Positions 48,114-56,301 of a stretch of DNA of 64,000 bases are shown piece by piece. Made by a program: the position numbers and the translations under genes. Within the stretch, counting starts at the first letter, position 1. Every line of letters begins with the position of its first letter. The stretch spans positions 11,226-75,225 of IMG/VR virus record IMGVR_UViG_3300045988_101878, one strand, 5' to 3'. The DNA is from a virus. A model generated the notes under the pieces. It searched no databases. It saw only the letters and a program-made list of their open reading frames with translations, and was not told the origin of the DNA.

Positions 48114-48323
48114 TCAATGGTGCCTATAGCAAATGTGACATGGGGTTTTGTGCATACTTTTTGCTTGTTCGAGACTGACTTTTTTTATTTCACGACTACA
48201 GTTGCGCAAGCCTTTGCATGATGCGGATTTATGATAGCGTCGGGATTGTGGACCCGTACAAATGTAGACTCCATCGCTTGTAGTGCAAGCGAGGAACATT
48301 AAGGAAAGAAGAATTGCTTTCAT
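48114..48323 (-). CDS. small Cys-rich lipoprotein
   Basis: 69 aa. The signal peptide has a lipobox (LMFLAC). The mature part has the pattern YHKSASCKGL...CHIC. Confidence 0.5.
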   Translation of the reverse strand: MKAILLSLMFLACTTSDGVYICTGPQSRRYHKSASCKGLRNCSREIKKVSLEQAKSMHKTPCHICYRHH

Positions 48324-48410
48324 CTTTATTGTAATTAGTTATTAATGCGCGTGCAAAATTACTAAATATCTGTAAAACAGCCAAAATATATCATAAAAAC
48401 GTAAACCAGT

Positions 48411-48800
48411 TTATAAATAATAACGAGCTATAGGATAAGAAGCTTGGGCGAGAGAGCCAATGAGATAGCATGGTGTTTCTGTGCCAAGTGGAATGTTGTA
48501 GTAATTGGATATGTGGGTGGTGGCGTGAAGAAGCTCGTGGGTGAGGGTGTTGAGGAACTGAGAGGGAGACGACGATGGACAGAGAACGATGAGGGTGCGG
48601 TGAAGTGAAATGTTGGTATAGGTGAAAGCGGTGTCGGGGGTTGATTGAGAGACAAGAAGGCAGGCATCTTCAAGAGGACGCGAGTGACAGGCGAGAGCTT
48701 GAAGATGTCTGCGGATGGTATCGACCCTTGAAGGAGGGACATTGTAGAATATCTGCACCGTCCAGTCGTAGGAATGGAGGTGGATTTGTTGTGAGCGCAT
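48411..48800 (-). CDS. small zincin-like protein (HExxH), possibly ImmA/IrrE (M78)-like
   Basis: 129 aa. LNTLTHELLHATTH resembles the FTLAHELGHxxxH motif of M78 peptidases. Confidence 0.4.
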   Translation of the reverse strand: MRSQQIHLHSYDWTVQIFYNVPPSRVDTIRRHLQALACHSRPLEDACLLVSQSTPDTAFTYTNISLHRTLIVLCPSSSPSQFLNTLTHELLHATTHISNYYNIPLGTETPCYLIGSLAQASYPIARYYL

Positions 48801-48803
48801 AGG

Positions 48804-49220
48804 CTATGAGGGGTCTAATATGTCTTCCCATGGGATTGGAGTGCCGGAAAGGGCGCAATCGGCATAGAAACGATTGAAGATAAAACCGTCGGGCTGGTCT
48901 TCATCATCGACATAATCCTTGACAAAGAGAGCAAGAGCACGCTCGTCGGTGATGGAAGAGCCGTAGAAATCGGCAAGAGCCATGTTGAGAACATAAACAT
49001 GGTCGTAGGCAATGGCGTTGTCGAGAGTTATGCCGTACTTGTGGATAACCTGCTCAACCTTCTCCTTGGTCCAAGGAGTGATAGGCTTGTTGTCGCGACG
49101 CATACGAGAGACAGCGAAGTCGTGCATACGGCGTGAGAAATGATAGCCGTAGTGACGGAGATAGGCAAGCATTTCGGGAGGGCGGTAGTCGTATTGTGAC
49201 AGAGATTGACGAGATTTCAT
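48804..49220 (-). CDS. hypothetical protein
   Basis: 138-aa ORF. Confidence 0.5.
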   Translation of the reverse strand: MKSRQSLSQYDYRPPEMLAYLRHYGYHFSRRMHDFAVSRMRRDNKPITPWTKEKVEQVIHKYGITLDNAIAYDHVYVLNMALADFYGSSITDERALALFVKDYVDDEDQPDGFIFNRFYADCALSGTPIPWEDILDPS

Positions 49221-49336
49221 GTGGTGAAATATTTTTTGAGGAGAGTAGTAGGTCTATAAATACGAGTAGTTCTATGTTTTTGTGTACATATATTATTACT
49301 GTACTCCATATTGCTATACTCTCCTCGGGTTATACA

Positions 49337-49606
49337 TTAGTAATCGTTGTCGTAGTCGCGACGGTCATGTTGGCGGCGGTTGTCGGCGAAGTCCTCACGT
49401 TCGCGATAATCGGGACGGGGGTGATATTGGTCGCGGTTACGATAGTCGGAGCTGCGATAGTCGGGCATAGGACTGCGCTCATTGAACCGCTCACGCTTGA
49501 TAGAGTCGAGACAGGACATGACCTTGCCTCCATAGCGAAGCATCTTCTCGGCGTTCTCTGTGAGTTCGGAGAACTTATCATCGGTGATTTCAACAATATA
49601 ATTCAT
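49337..49606 (-). CDS. hypothetical protein with an Arg/Asp/Tyr-rich tail
   Basis: 89 aa. The C-terminus reads PDYRSSDYRNRDQYHPRPDYREREDFADNRRQHDRRDYDNDY. Confidence 0.45.
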   Translation of the reverse strand: MNYIVEITDDKFSELTENAEKMLRYGGKVMSCLDSIKRERFNERSPMPDYRSSDYRNRDQYHPRPDYREREDFADNRRQHDRRDYDNDY

Positions 49607-49643
49607 AGTCGTAATGTTTTAAGTTTCTAAGAGAAAGAATTTC

Positions 49644-50153
49644 TTATGCTTTGGGTTTGAGAGCCTGGGCAAGCATACCCTGGATATTGGAGAGAGTGCC
49701 TTCAATACCAGACATCTTGGTCTCGAGTTGGGTGATTTTCTGCTCCTGCGCCTTCTCCTTGGCAATCTGAGGATTGAGTTGGGAAAGCATGGTCTCGCAT
49801 GAGGTGACGACAGAACGATGATAATCAACACTGTCAAGAATCTGACGAGACTGACGAAGCATAGCCTCAACCTCGGCAGACATGGCCTCGCGTGACTCAG
49901 AGACAACAAGCGAGCCAGAGTTGGCTATCTGACCGTTGGAAGGCAGCTGTTTGAAATCCATTTCACCATCGGGAAGTTTCACACGCACATCAACAACAGA
50001 CTCCATAGGTTGAGGAGAGAACTGTCCGGGCTGATAAGTGGGAAACTTAGGCTGAGGATTGGAAACAGAGACAACCTGCCCTATCTGCAAAGTAGGCTCG
50101 TTGCTCTTGTCAAGCACATAAAAAATACTATTGGTACGCAAACCGCTGAACAT
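49644..50153 (-). CDS. hypothetical late protein with a coiled-coil C-terminus
   Basis: 169-aa ORF. Confidence 0.5.
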   Translation of the reverse strand: MFSGLRTNSIFYVLDKSNEPTLQIGQVVSVSNPQPKFPTYQPGQFSPQPMESVVDVRVKLPDGEMDFKQLPSNGQIANSGSLVVSESREAMSAEVEAMLRQSRQILDSVDYHRSVVTSCETMLSQLNPQIAKEKAQEQKITQLETKMSGIEGTLSNIQGMLAQALKPKA

Positions 50154-50178
50154 AAGAAATCCTTTCTTTTAGAATAGG

Positions 50179-50529
50179 TTAGACAATACCCGTCATGAGC
50201 TGAAGGGTGTTAGTGTCGCGCTCGAACCAGAACTGGTAGACGCCAGTACCGGGAAGGTCGGCGACGGTAAGAGGAGCACCGTTGTACTTAGTGACGGCTT
50301 GGGTGGCTCCATTAGTCTCGAAGAGAATAGGGAGCGTGCCGGTGGTTGCTGCAGGGATAGCCTGAGCCAGCTTAACAAAGACCGTTCCGCGATAGTTGGC
50401 CGATGCAAAAGCATGGTTGCGGAAGGAGAACGTGACAGCTGTAGCAGAGACCGCTACGGCAGTGGAAGCTACGGCAGCGGAACCACGACGGTTGACCCAT
50501 GAGAAGGGATAATTCCAAATAGTTGTCAT
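50179..50529 (-). CDS. hypothetical late protein (116 aa, beta-rich)
   Basis: I trimmed the track ORF to the ATG at 50529 (MTTIWNYPFSW...), which is preceded by AAAGGAGGG 8 nt upstream. Confidence 0.5.
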   Translation of the reverse strand: MTTIWNYPFSWVNRRGSAAVASTAVAVSATAVTFSFRNHAFASANYRGTVFVKLAQAIPAATTGTLPILFETNGATQAVTKYNGAPLTVADLPGTGVYQFWFERDTNTLQLMTGIV

Positions 50530-50548
50530 ATAGAACCCTCCTTTCTCA

Positions 50549-51493
50549 TTAACCCCAAAAGCCGTTGGCATTGGCGTTGGCGTAAAGACCGTACTGAGCG
50601 GCAACACAGTTAGGAACAGTAACAAACGGCTGATAAGGGACTGTCACGGTGTTAGGCTGAGCACACTTGATTGCACTGACCTCCTTCTGCAAGCCTGCAA
50701 GAACAGCGTTGACGGGAGCAAGAGCCTGACCGACAATCTGTGATGTCATTGCAGACGACTTGTAGGTAGAGTTCTCTTCGCGGAGAGAATCAATCTTGTT
50801 CTGCATTTCGCGCATGACGGCCTGCTGCTGACCATTGACGATGGTCTGCGTGCTGTCCTTGATGGCGTTGTGCAAGTCGCAAGTCTGACGTTGGGTCTCG
50901 TAAGCCACGTTAGCGAAGCCACGCTCCTGTCCGGTTGCCACGTTGTTGATGGCAGACTGAAGAGTGTTGGTCTGCTGGCAGGTAGCAAGACGATTCTCGC
51001 AGCAACAGTTAGCAAGCTGCTGAGCAATCTGCATATTGCCCTGCTGTAGAGCGTTGATAGTCTGCATACCCGACATACCCACCTGGTTGCCTACAGACTG
51101 GACCTGTGAGGTGAGAGCCGAAATAGCCGACTGAATCTGTCCTTCGGTACAGTTGAGCTGAGTAGCGAGATTAGACAGAGCGTTGCGGTTGCCACCGATA
51201 GCGTCCATGAGCAGAGAGCGTCCGTAGTCGTTGTTGATTTCGTTGGCAATGTTTCCACGACCGTTGCCTCCGAAGCCGAATCCGTTACCACCCCAGCCGC
51301 AGAAGCAGAGGATAAACAAGAGCCAAATGAACCAAGAGCCTTCGCCGTTACCGAAGCCTCCACCACGATTCATTGCCAACAGAAGGTTAGGGTCGAGACC
51401 TCGCTGTTGAAGAAGAGGAGCTAACATGCTCATCATGCTGCCACCACCACACTGTCCGTCATTGCCGAAGACGTAAGTTTTTGTTTCAGACAT
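50549..51493 (-). CDS. Gly-rich/TM N-terminus, Gln/Asn-rich Cys-containing protein
   Basis: I trimmed the track ORF to the ATG at 51493 (MSETKTYVFGNDGQCGGG...). It contains WFIWLLFILCFCGWGGNGFGFGGNGRG followed by a Q/N-rich helical region with NCCCENRLATCQQ. Confidence 0.5.
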   Translation of the reverse strand: MSETKTYVFGNDGQCGGGSMMSMLAPLLQQRGLDPNLLLAMNRGGGFGNGEGSWFIWLLFILCFCGWGGNGFGFGGNGRGNIANEINNDYGRSLLMDAIGGNRNALSNLATQLNCTEGQIQSAISALTSQVQSVGNQVGMSGMQTINALQQGNMQIAQQLANCCCENRLATCQQTNTLQSAINNVATGQERGFANVAYETQRQTCDLHNAIKDSTQTIVNGQQQAVMREMQNKIDSLREENSTYKSSAMTSQIVGQALAPVNAVLAGLQKEVSAIKCAQPNTVTVPYQPFVTVPNCVAAQYGLYANANANGFWG

Positions 51494-51603
51494 AATAGTA
51501 AGATTTAAATTTCGCCCCAATGTCGGGACTTGATGCAAATTTACTTGTTATATAGAGAGTAGCCTAACAATGCTCAAATGAGGAAGAAGATACTCATACA
51601 TAC

Positions 51604-51636
51604 GAAAAACCGCCCTGTTATCACAACAGAACGGTT
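51604..51636 (-). terminator. intrinsic terminator candidate after the HTH_17 gene
   Basis: The minus strand reads AACCGTTCTGTT-GTGAT-AACAGGGCGGTT followed by TTTCG. The stem has 10 of 12 bp paired and the U-tract is short. Confidence 0.4.
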
Positions 51637-51686
51637 CTATTACAAATGAAAAACAACAAAAAAAAGACTAATCCAACTCAAAAACA

Positions 51687-51983
51687 TTATTTAATCTTAC
51701 AACCATCAAGTTCGGATAGACTCCATGAGAGTTCCTTGAATCCGGCAGTCTTACGTCCGCGCGGGATGCGTCCATCGGCAACATAACGGTCGAACTTGGC
51801 GCGTGACATATTGAGATAACGACAAGCCTCGTATTTGGAAACACGGCGTTCCTTGTCGGCAATCATAGTGCAGAGGTCGAGAAACATGCGCTCCTGCTCG
51901 TCGGTTGTGGCACACTCGCCACTGTCAATACGGTCAACAAGCTCGACGAGAATCTTGCGGATAGACTTTAAGAGAACTCCCAT
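51687..51983 (-). CDS. HTH_17/excisionase-family DNA-binding protein
   Basis: 98 aa. KYEACRYLNMSRAKFDRYVADGRIPRGRK fits the MerR-like excisionase HTH pattern. Confidence 0.6.
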   Translation of the reverse strand: MGVLLKSIRKILVELVDRIDSGECATTDEQERMFLDLCTMIADKERRVSKYEACRYLNMSRAKFDRYVADGRIPRGRKTAGFKELSWSLSELDGCKIK

Positions 51984-51987
51984 AGGG

Positions 51988-52434
51988 TTATATTTTACGG
52001 TGGTAAAGCCATATCATGCTTATTAGAAATATGGCAGGTAACATAACTAACAAAAGACCTACATACTTTATAATACGACACCATAACGGAACAGTCCGCT
52101 CTTGCGGAACTGGAATATCGACGCTTTTCTCACGGACAGCATAGATAGTGTCGCGCTTGATAGAAACACGGTCGCGCCAACGGGTAATCTCTTTGGTGCG
52201 GTATACGGTATCGCCTTTGATGATGGACTCGAAGTAGATGGAATCGTGCATGTAGATGCTGTCAAGGCGAAGGTTGTTGACATGTACTGTGTCGTGAAGG
52301 GTGCGTTCGAGGACTACGGGCTTAGAGGTGGAGCAAGCGGAGCAGCACATCATTAAGCCAAGACAGATTGCAAAAACCCAAGTCCACAAAATATTAACAT
52401 TACAATCGAGTTTGTCAAGTTCTCTTAAATCCAT
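51988..52434 (-). CDS. u-spanin-like protein (N-terminal lipoprotein signal plus C-terminal TM)
   Basis: 148 aa. It has a lipobox (LGLMMCCSAC) and a C-terminal TM segment (YVGLLLVMLPAIFLISMIWLY). It lies immediately downstream of the endolysin. Confidence 0.5.
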   Translation of the reverse strand: MDLRELDKLDCNVNILWTWVFAICLGLMMCCSACSTSKPVVLERTLHDTVHVNNLRLDSIYMHDSIYFESIIKGDTVYRTKEITRWRDRVSIKRDTIYAVREKSVDIPVPQERTVPLWCRIIKYVGLLLVMLPAIFLISMIWLYHRKI

Positions 52435-52438
52435 ATTG

Positions 52439-52996
52439 TTACTGTTTTAATAAAACCTTTTTTGCTCTTTCGAGATACGCCTTGCGTTGGGCGAGACCGT
52501 TGGTGCCACCGTTGATAGTCTTGGTGATTTTCACGATGTCGTCCTTGTCGGCAAGCTTATTGAGATTGTGGGTAAGCCAAAACCACATGGAAGACTTGAC
52601 TGCGCCAAGAGGTTTCTCGAGAAGTTCGGGGTTGGTCAACACATCGCCTTTGCAGTATTTGGAACTGTTGTAGGCTGAATAGTTGGCACGCCCGGTGATT
52701 TGAATAAGACCACGACCGCGATATTTATAGCCATCACCATCCTTTTGGGGGGTGTTGCCAAGGGCCTTCGCAAGCTTACCAGTATCGTATTTGTCGAAGT
52801 AATGAGTAGGGCCTTGCTCTACCGTATACCTAAACTCAGCAGACTCATGAAGAATCTGTGCGAGATAATGACACATACGAAGCGGTGTGTCGATATGGAA
52901 GGTGTCGGCATAGCCGTTGATGTAGTTGATGTATTTGTCGATACGGCCTGAGGCGACAGGACAAATCTGCAATAATTGCTGCTTGGTTATTTTCAT
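52439..52996 (-). CDS. endolysin, glycoside hydrolase family 19-like
   Basis: 185 aa. Contains YLAQILHESAEFRY and YRGRGLIQITGRANY, typical of GH19-type phage lysins. Confidence 0.8.
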   Translation of the reverse strand: MKITKQQLLQICPVASGRIDKYINYINGYADTFHIDTPLRMCHYLAQILHESAEFRYTVEQGPTHYFDKYDTGKLAKALGNTPQKDGDGYKYRGRGLIQITGRANYSAYNSSKYCKGDVLTNPELLEKPLGAVKSSMWFWLTHNLNKLADKDDIVKITKTINGGTNGLAQRKAYLERAKKVLLKQ

Positions 52997-53451
52997 TTTG
53001 CTTCCTCCTCGATTTGTTCGGGATTCTTGAAAAACTTAAAATTCTCAACAAACTTAATGGTGAGAATGTAATATAACACAGATACAAGCTTGTACCATGA
53101 GGAGCCAGGTGTGCAGAGGCTTCGCCAGTTGCGCAAAATGTTGGTACCGAAAACACCGATTGCTATAAAGCAAACGTATTTGACACAAGCAAGGGCTTGC
53201 TCTTCGGAGTGCATGAAGTGACCGATGATAAACATGGACGCTGCCGTGGCAAAGAAGATGAAGCAATAGACCAAGCACATGCCTGCCTTGCGCCACGACC
53301 AATCCTCACCATTTTTTATATCAGCGAGCAAGCCGAAGAAAAAATTAACTACAAACAGGATAAGCATTGCGAACATGAAATCCTGAATTGGACTGAGAAG
53401 GGCCAAGAACGCCCCGGCAATCGCGTATAAAACACTCCTTATATCTATCAT
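52993..53451 (-). CDS. holin (multi-TM)
   Basis: 152 aa with 3-4 TM segments. Its 3' end overlaps the endolysin start by 4 nt. Confidence 0.6.
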   Translation of the reverse strand: MIDIRSVLYAIAGAFLALLSPIQDFMFAMLILFVVNFFFGLLADIKNGEDWSWRKAGMCLVYCFIFFATAASMFIIGHFMHSEEQALACVKYVCFIAIGVFGTNILRNWRSLCTPGSSWYKLVSVLYYILTIKFVENFKFFKNPEQIEEEAK

Positions 53452-53468
53452 AACAATTCATTTTTGCG

Positions 53469-53511
53469 CAAATTTAATGTATAAGGAGATAGGTTTTACG
53501 GTGTTTCGTCC
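53469..53511 (-). promoter_or_regulatory. late-box (GGACGAAACACCGTAAAA) plus -7 box TAAATTTG upstream of the holin gene
   Basis: On the minus strand the box starts at 53511 and the -7 box at 53476 (offset 35). The holin ATG is at 53451. Confidence 0.55.
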
Positions 53512-53515
53512 GTCG

Positions 53516-53556
53516 CAAAAAAAATAAAAATAGGTAGCGACATTGAAGCCGCTACC
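53516..53556 (-). terminator. intrinsic terminator of the integrase gene
   Basis: The minus strand reads GGTAGCG-GCTTCAATGT-CGCTACC followed by TATTTTTATTTTTTTT. Confidence 0.65.
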
Positions 53557-53564
53557 CTGCCCTA

Positions 53565-54707
53565 TCAGATTTTATCCTCAATAGCATCGAAAGCAGAACG
53601 AACGTCACGGCTGAGTGTGCGTGCGTAACGCTGTGTCTGACGAAGATTAGCATGACCAAGTACCTTCGAGACTACATTTATAGGCATACCCTTTGAGAGG
53701 AACATGGTGGCTGCTGTGGCACGTCCCATGTGGCTGTGAAGATTCTCGACACCAACCATTGAGCCTATGACCTTGAGAAAGTCATTGTACTTTTGGTTGG
53801 TGATTTTGGGAAGACGGTTGTTGTACTTCTTTAGTATCTCCACTGCTTGGGGGAGGAGTTGGAGAACAAAGTCAACATCTGTCTTGACTCGGCGGTCGTG
53901 GTAGAAGTATTTACCGTCAATCAGGTCGCATTCGTTGAAATCAAATGCCATGAGGTCGGAATAGGCGAGTCCTGTGTAACACTGGAAGAGGAAGAGGTCA
54001 CGCGCCTTGACGAGGTGAGGAGTGGCGACGGTGAGGGATCGGATAGACTCGAACTGCTCGATGGTGAGGCAGTCAACGTACTGCTTGTCGCCTCGAGGTA
54101 TTTTAAAACTAAGACGACGATACGGATTGTCCTGCACAAGGTTGTCAATGACAGCGTCGTTGATGAAAAGCTTCAGATACTTGTGGTAGTTGTAGATGGT
54201 AGCCTGTCCAATCTCGCGAGTATGCAAGTATTCGTCCATCGCACGAACGTTGGCGACGGTAAGGTCGGCGAAGGAGACTATTTTGCCCCAGGAACGAAGG
54301 AAGCGAGTAAAGACACGGTAGCGGGTCTTTGTGCTTTCAGACACACGACGCGCAGCTGTGCGCTGCTCGCAATAGGTAGGGAAGTCTATCACCTTGCCAG
54401 TCGATTCACCTTGGAACATACGTGTGAGCAAATTGAAGTCAAAGCTATCTTCTTCATCGTAGGCTTTGTTTACGATTTTGTTAGCCTTGACTCTGATAGC
54501 TGTCAGACGTTGATTCAGCTCTTTTCGGTCGGGATGGCGAATAATCTTACACTCACGGCTATCCCATTCGTCGGCAGACACCTTAATGCCAGTGGCAAAG
54601 TATTTCTGCTTGCGGTTCATACTAAAGCGAATTTCAACAGAGCCTTGCTTTCCGCTCTGTGCGGCGTGCTTTCTGTCATAAACAATGTTAAATCTCAAAA
54701 TTGCCAT
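53565..54707 (-). CDS. int: tyrosine site-specific integrase
   Basis: I trimmed the track ORF to MAILRFNIVYDRK. The C-terminus HSHMGRATAATMFL...VLGHANLRQTQRYA carries the R...H.....Y catalytic pattern. Confidence 0.85.
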   Translation of the reverse strand: MAILRFNIVYDRKHAAQSGKQGSVEIRFSMNRKQKYFATGIKVSADEWDSRECKIIRHPDRKELNQRLTAIRVKANKIVNKAYDEEDSFDFNLLTRMFQGESTGKVIDFPTYCEQRTAARRVSESTKTRYRVFTRFLRSWGKIVSFADLTVANVRAMDEYLHTREIGQATIYNYHKYLKLFINDAVIDNLVQDNPYRRLSFKIPRGDKQYVDCLTIEQFESIRSLTVATPHLVKARDLFLFQCYTGLAYSDLMAFDFNECDLIDGKYFYHDRRVKTDVDFVLQLLPQAVEILKKYNNRLPKITNQKYNDFLKVIGSMVGVENLHSHMGRATAATMFLSKGMPINVVSKVLGHANLRQTQRYARTLSRDVRSAFDAIEDKI

Positions 54708-54760
54708 AATGCGCATAAATTTTAAAATGTTCACGATGTTTCGGGGAAACAAACACGCAT

Positions 54761-54804
54761 TTGGTAATACACTTTTTGACGGTTGGTAATACATTGGTAA
54801 TACA
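54761..54804 (+). repeat. three direct TTGGTAATACA repeats upstream of int (arm-type site candidates)
   Basis: Copies lie at 54761-54771, 54783-54793 and 54794-54804. Related TTGGTAACACG lies at 55094-55104, TGGTAATA at 55652-55659, and an inverted TATTACCA at 55374-55381. Confidence 0.55.
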
Positions 54805-55169
54805 TTTCAATCAAAACAAGCGTCCAAATGCGCGAGAAAGCCGATAAATACTGGTGTACCCGAGCGTTGCGAAGTAAACTGGTTTGTGAACGAGTTCACG
54901 TTATAACTTATTTACTGACAGCAACTTACACAAAGCAAAATATCGCTAACAGCTTGGTAAAGAAGCTATTAGCGATACAATCAAATTTGAAGCAATTCGT
55001 TAAAAAGTGATCCGCATGGGGTCACCTATAGAATATGGTAACTATCTGATTGTCAGCTTTCTTTACTTATTAGATGCAAAGGTAGGTAATTTTTTGGTAA
55101 CACGTAAACCATTTTATAAAATAGTTTACGGTTTAACATTTTTTAGACGGTTAACGAAAGTGAAAAGAA

Positions 55170-55201
55170 TTTGGTCAGTTGACCAAGAAAACGTATCTTT
55201 G
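55170..55201 (+). promoter_or_regulatory. Bacteroides-type promoter (TTTG - 20 nt - TATCTTTG)
   Basis: TTTG lies at 55170-55173 and TATCTTTG at 55194-55201. Both the consensus and the spacing fit. Confidence 0.4.
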
Positions 55202-55272
55202 CATCGCTTATTAGTAGTCGCGCACTGATAACGATACAAACAGAAGGAAAAGTATACTCTCTATATACTATG

Positions 55273-55328
55273 AGTCCCTATCCAAAGTTCGAAGCGCGAC
55301 ACGAACGGCGGATAGGGACTTCTTTTTT
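55273..55328 (+). terminator. 11-bp perfect stem plus U-tract (terminator of a ~110-nt transcript candidate)
   Basis: AGTCCCTATCC (55273-55283) pairs with GGATAGGGACT (55310-55320), followed by TCTTTTTT. The loop contains an inner stem GTTCG/CGAAC. Confidence 0.45.
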
Positions 55329-55700
55329 CCCTATCCAGACATAGAGGTTAAATCCGTGCGGTCCTCTTCGGACTATTACCATCCGATATATAAAACCGCT
55401 CTGTCTGGTAGTTTATATTTATGTTTGGAAATCCTGCGCTGTCTTAACGTTGACAACAGGTGCCCATCTTCCGAAAGGAACTCCAAACATCTATGAAACA
55501 AACCTTATGGGCATTAAGGAACTATGCAGGCCTTTGCAAATCGTGTTTCCGCTTATATATAAGTAGGTAATAAAAAAAAAGGAACACATTGCAGCTGTCG
55601 TCTCATATAGAGATGGGCATAAAACGTGATATGCACTCATGGTTATAGGAATGGTAATATAATATTTTTATTTGTGAATTAGTTTTGAATGTTTTTTAGA

Positions 55701-55737
55701 AAGGCAGCCATCCGTGAGGACAGCTGCCTTTTTTGTT
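55701..55737. terminator. intrinsic terminator (strong on plus, weaker on minus)
   Basis: AAGGCAGC (55701-55708) pairs with GCTGCCTT (55723-55730), followed by TTTTTTGTTT. It lies just downstream of the minus-strand repressor gene stop. Confidence 0.55.
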
Positions 55738-55773
55738 TCTACTCTTCCTGCTTTATCCAAGGATATAGTGGTA

Positions 55774-56136
55774 CTACCCTACAAGTTGCTGACGGTCGGG
55801 AGACTGCTTGTTCTGGTTCTTCTCCAAGATAATGGAGCGCAGTTCCTTGATGATGCCTTCCTTGACGAGCAGCTCTGTCTCGTACTTCTTCTTAAGCTCG
55901 GAGACGTCGGGATGGTCGGTGACGAACATGGGTTCTTTGCCGCGGATAAGCCATTCGGCTGAGATTTCGGGGAAGAGACACAGTATCTTCTCGATAAAAT
56001 CCAATTTGGGAGGCTGAGTGCCATTGCAATAGTTTATGACTGTTGCAGGCCTTAGAGCGAATTTGTCAGCAAGACCACGAGCCGAGATGTTGTAATGTTG
56101 GCGTATGGCTTCGAGGCGTTCAATAATGGTTGTCAT
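55774..56136 (-). CDS. XRE/CI-like repressor candidate
   Basis: 120 aa. N-terminal HTH (ISARGLADKFALRPATVINYCNG). Divergent from a small Cro-like ORF and adjacent to the integrase/attP region. Confidence 0.7.
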   Translation of the reverse strand: MTTIIERLEAIRQHYNISARGLADKFALRPATVINYCNGTQPPKLDFIEKILCLFPEISAEWLIRGKEPMFVTDHPDVSELKKKYETELLVKEGIIKELRSIILEKNQNKQSPDRQQLVG

Positions 56137-56182
56137 AGCTATGAAATGTTTATGAATGTTTTCGTATGTAAAATTAGTTAAA

Positions 56183-56207
56183 TAAACGTATGTTTTTGAT
56201 ACGTTTA
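56183..56207. promoter_or_regulatory. operator candidate (9-bp inverted repeat)
   Basis: TAAACGTAT - 7 nt - ATACGTTTA, in the CI/Cro-like divergent region. Confidence 0.4.
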
Positions 56208-56248
56208 CTTGGTCACATGACTATGTTTTCGTACATTTGCATCTGTAA

Positions 56249-56265
56249 AACGGTTCACAACCGTT
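56249..56265. promoter_or_regulatory. operator candidate (7-bp inverted repeat)
   Basis: AACGGTT-CAC-AACCGTT. A TACATTTG -7 box lies at 56232-56239 on the plus strand. Confidence 0.35.
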
Positions 56266-56301
56266 ACATAAACGGATTTATTATGCAAATATACAAATAA
56301 T

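Noticed and set aside
54828-55228. Track ORFs 54828-55010 and 55007-55228 as genes between int and the repressor.
   Set aside because: They have alternative-start codons, no recognisable motifs and hydrophobic/basic junk-like composition. They lie over the repeat-rich attP-like field.
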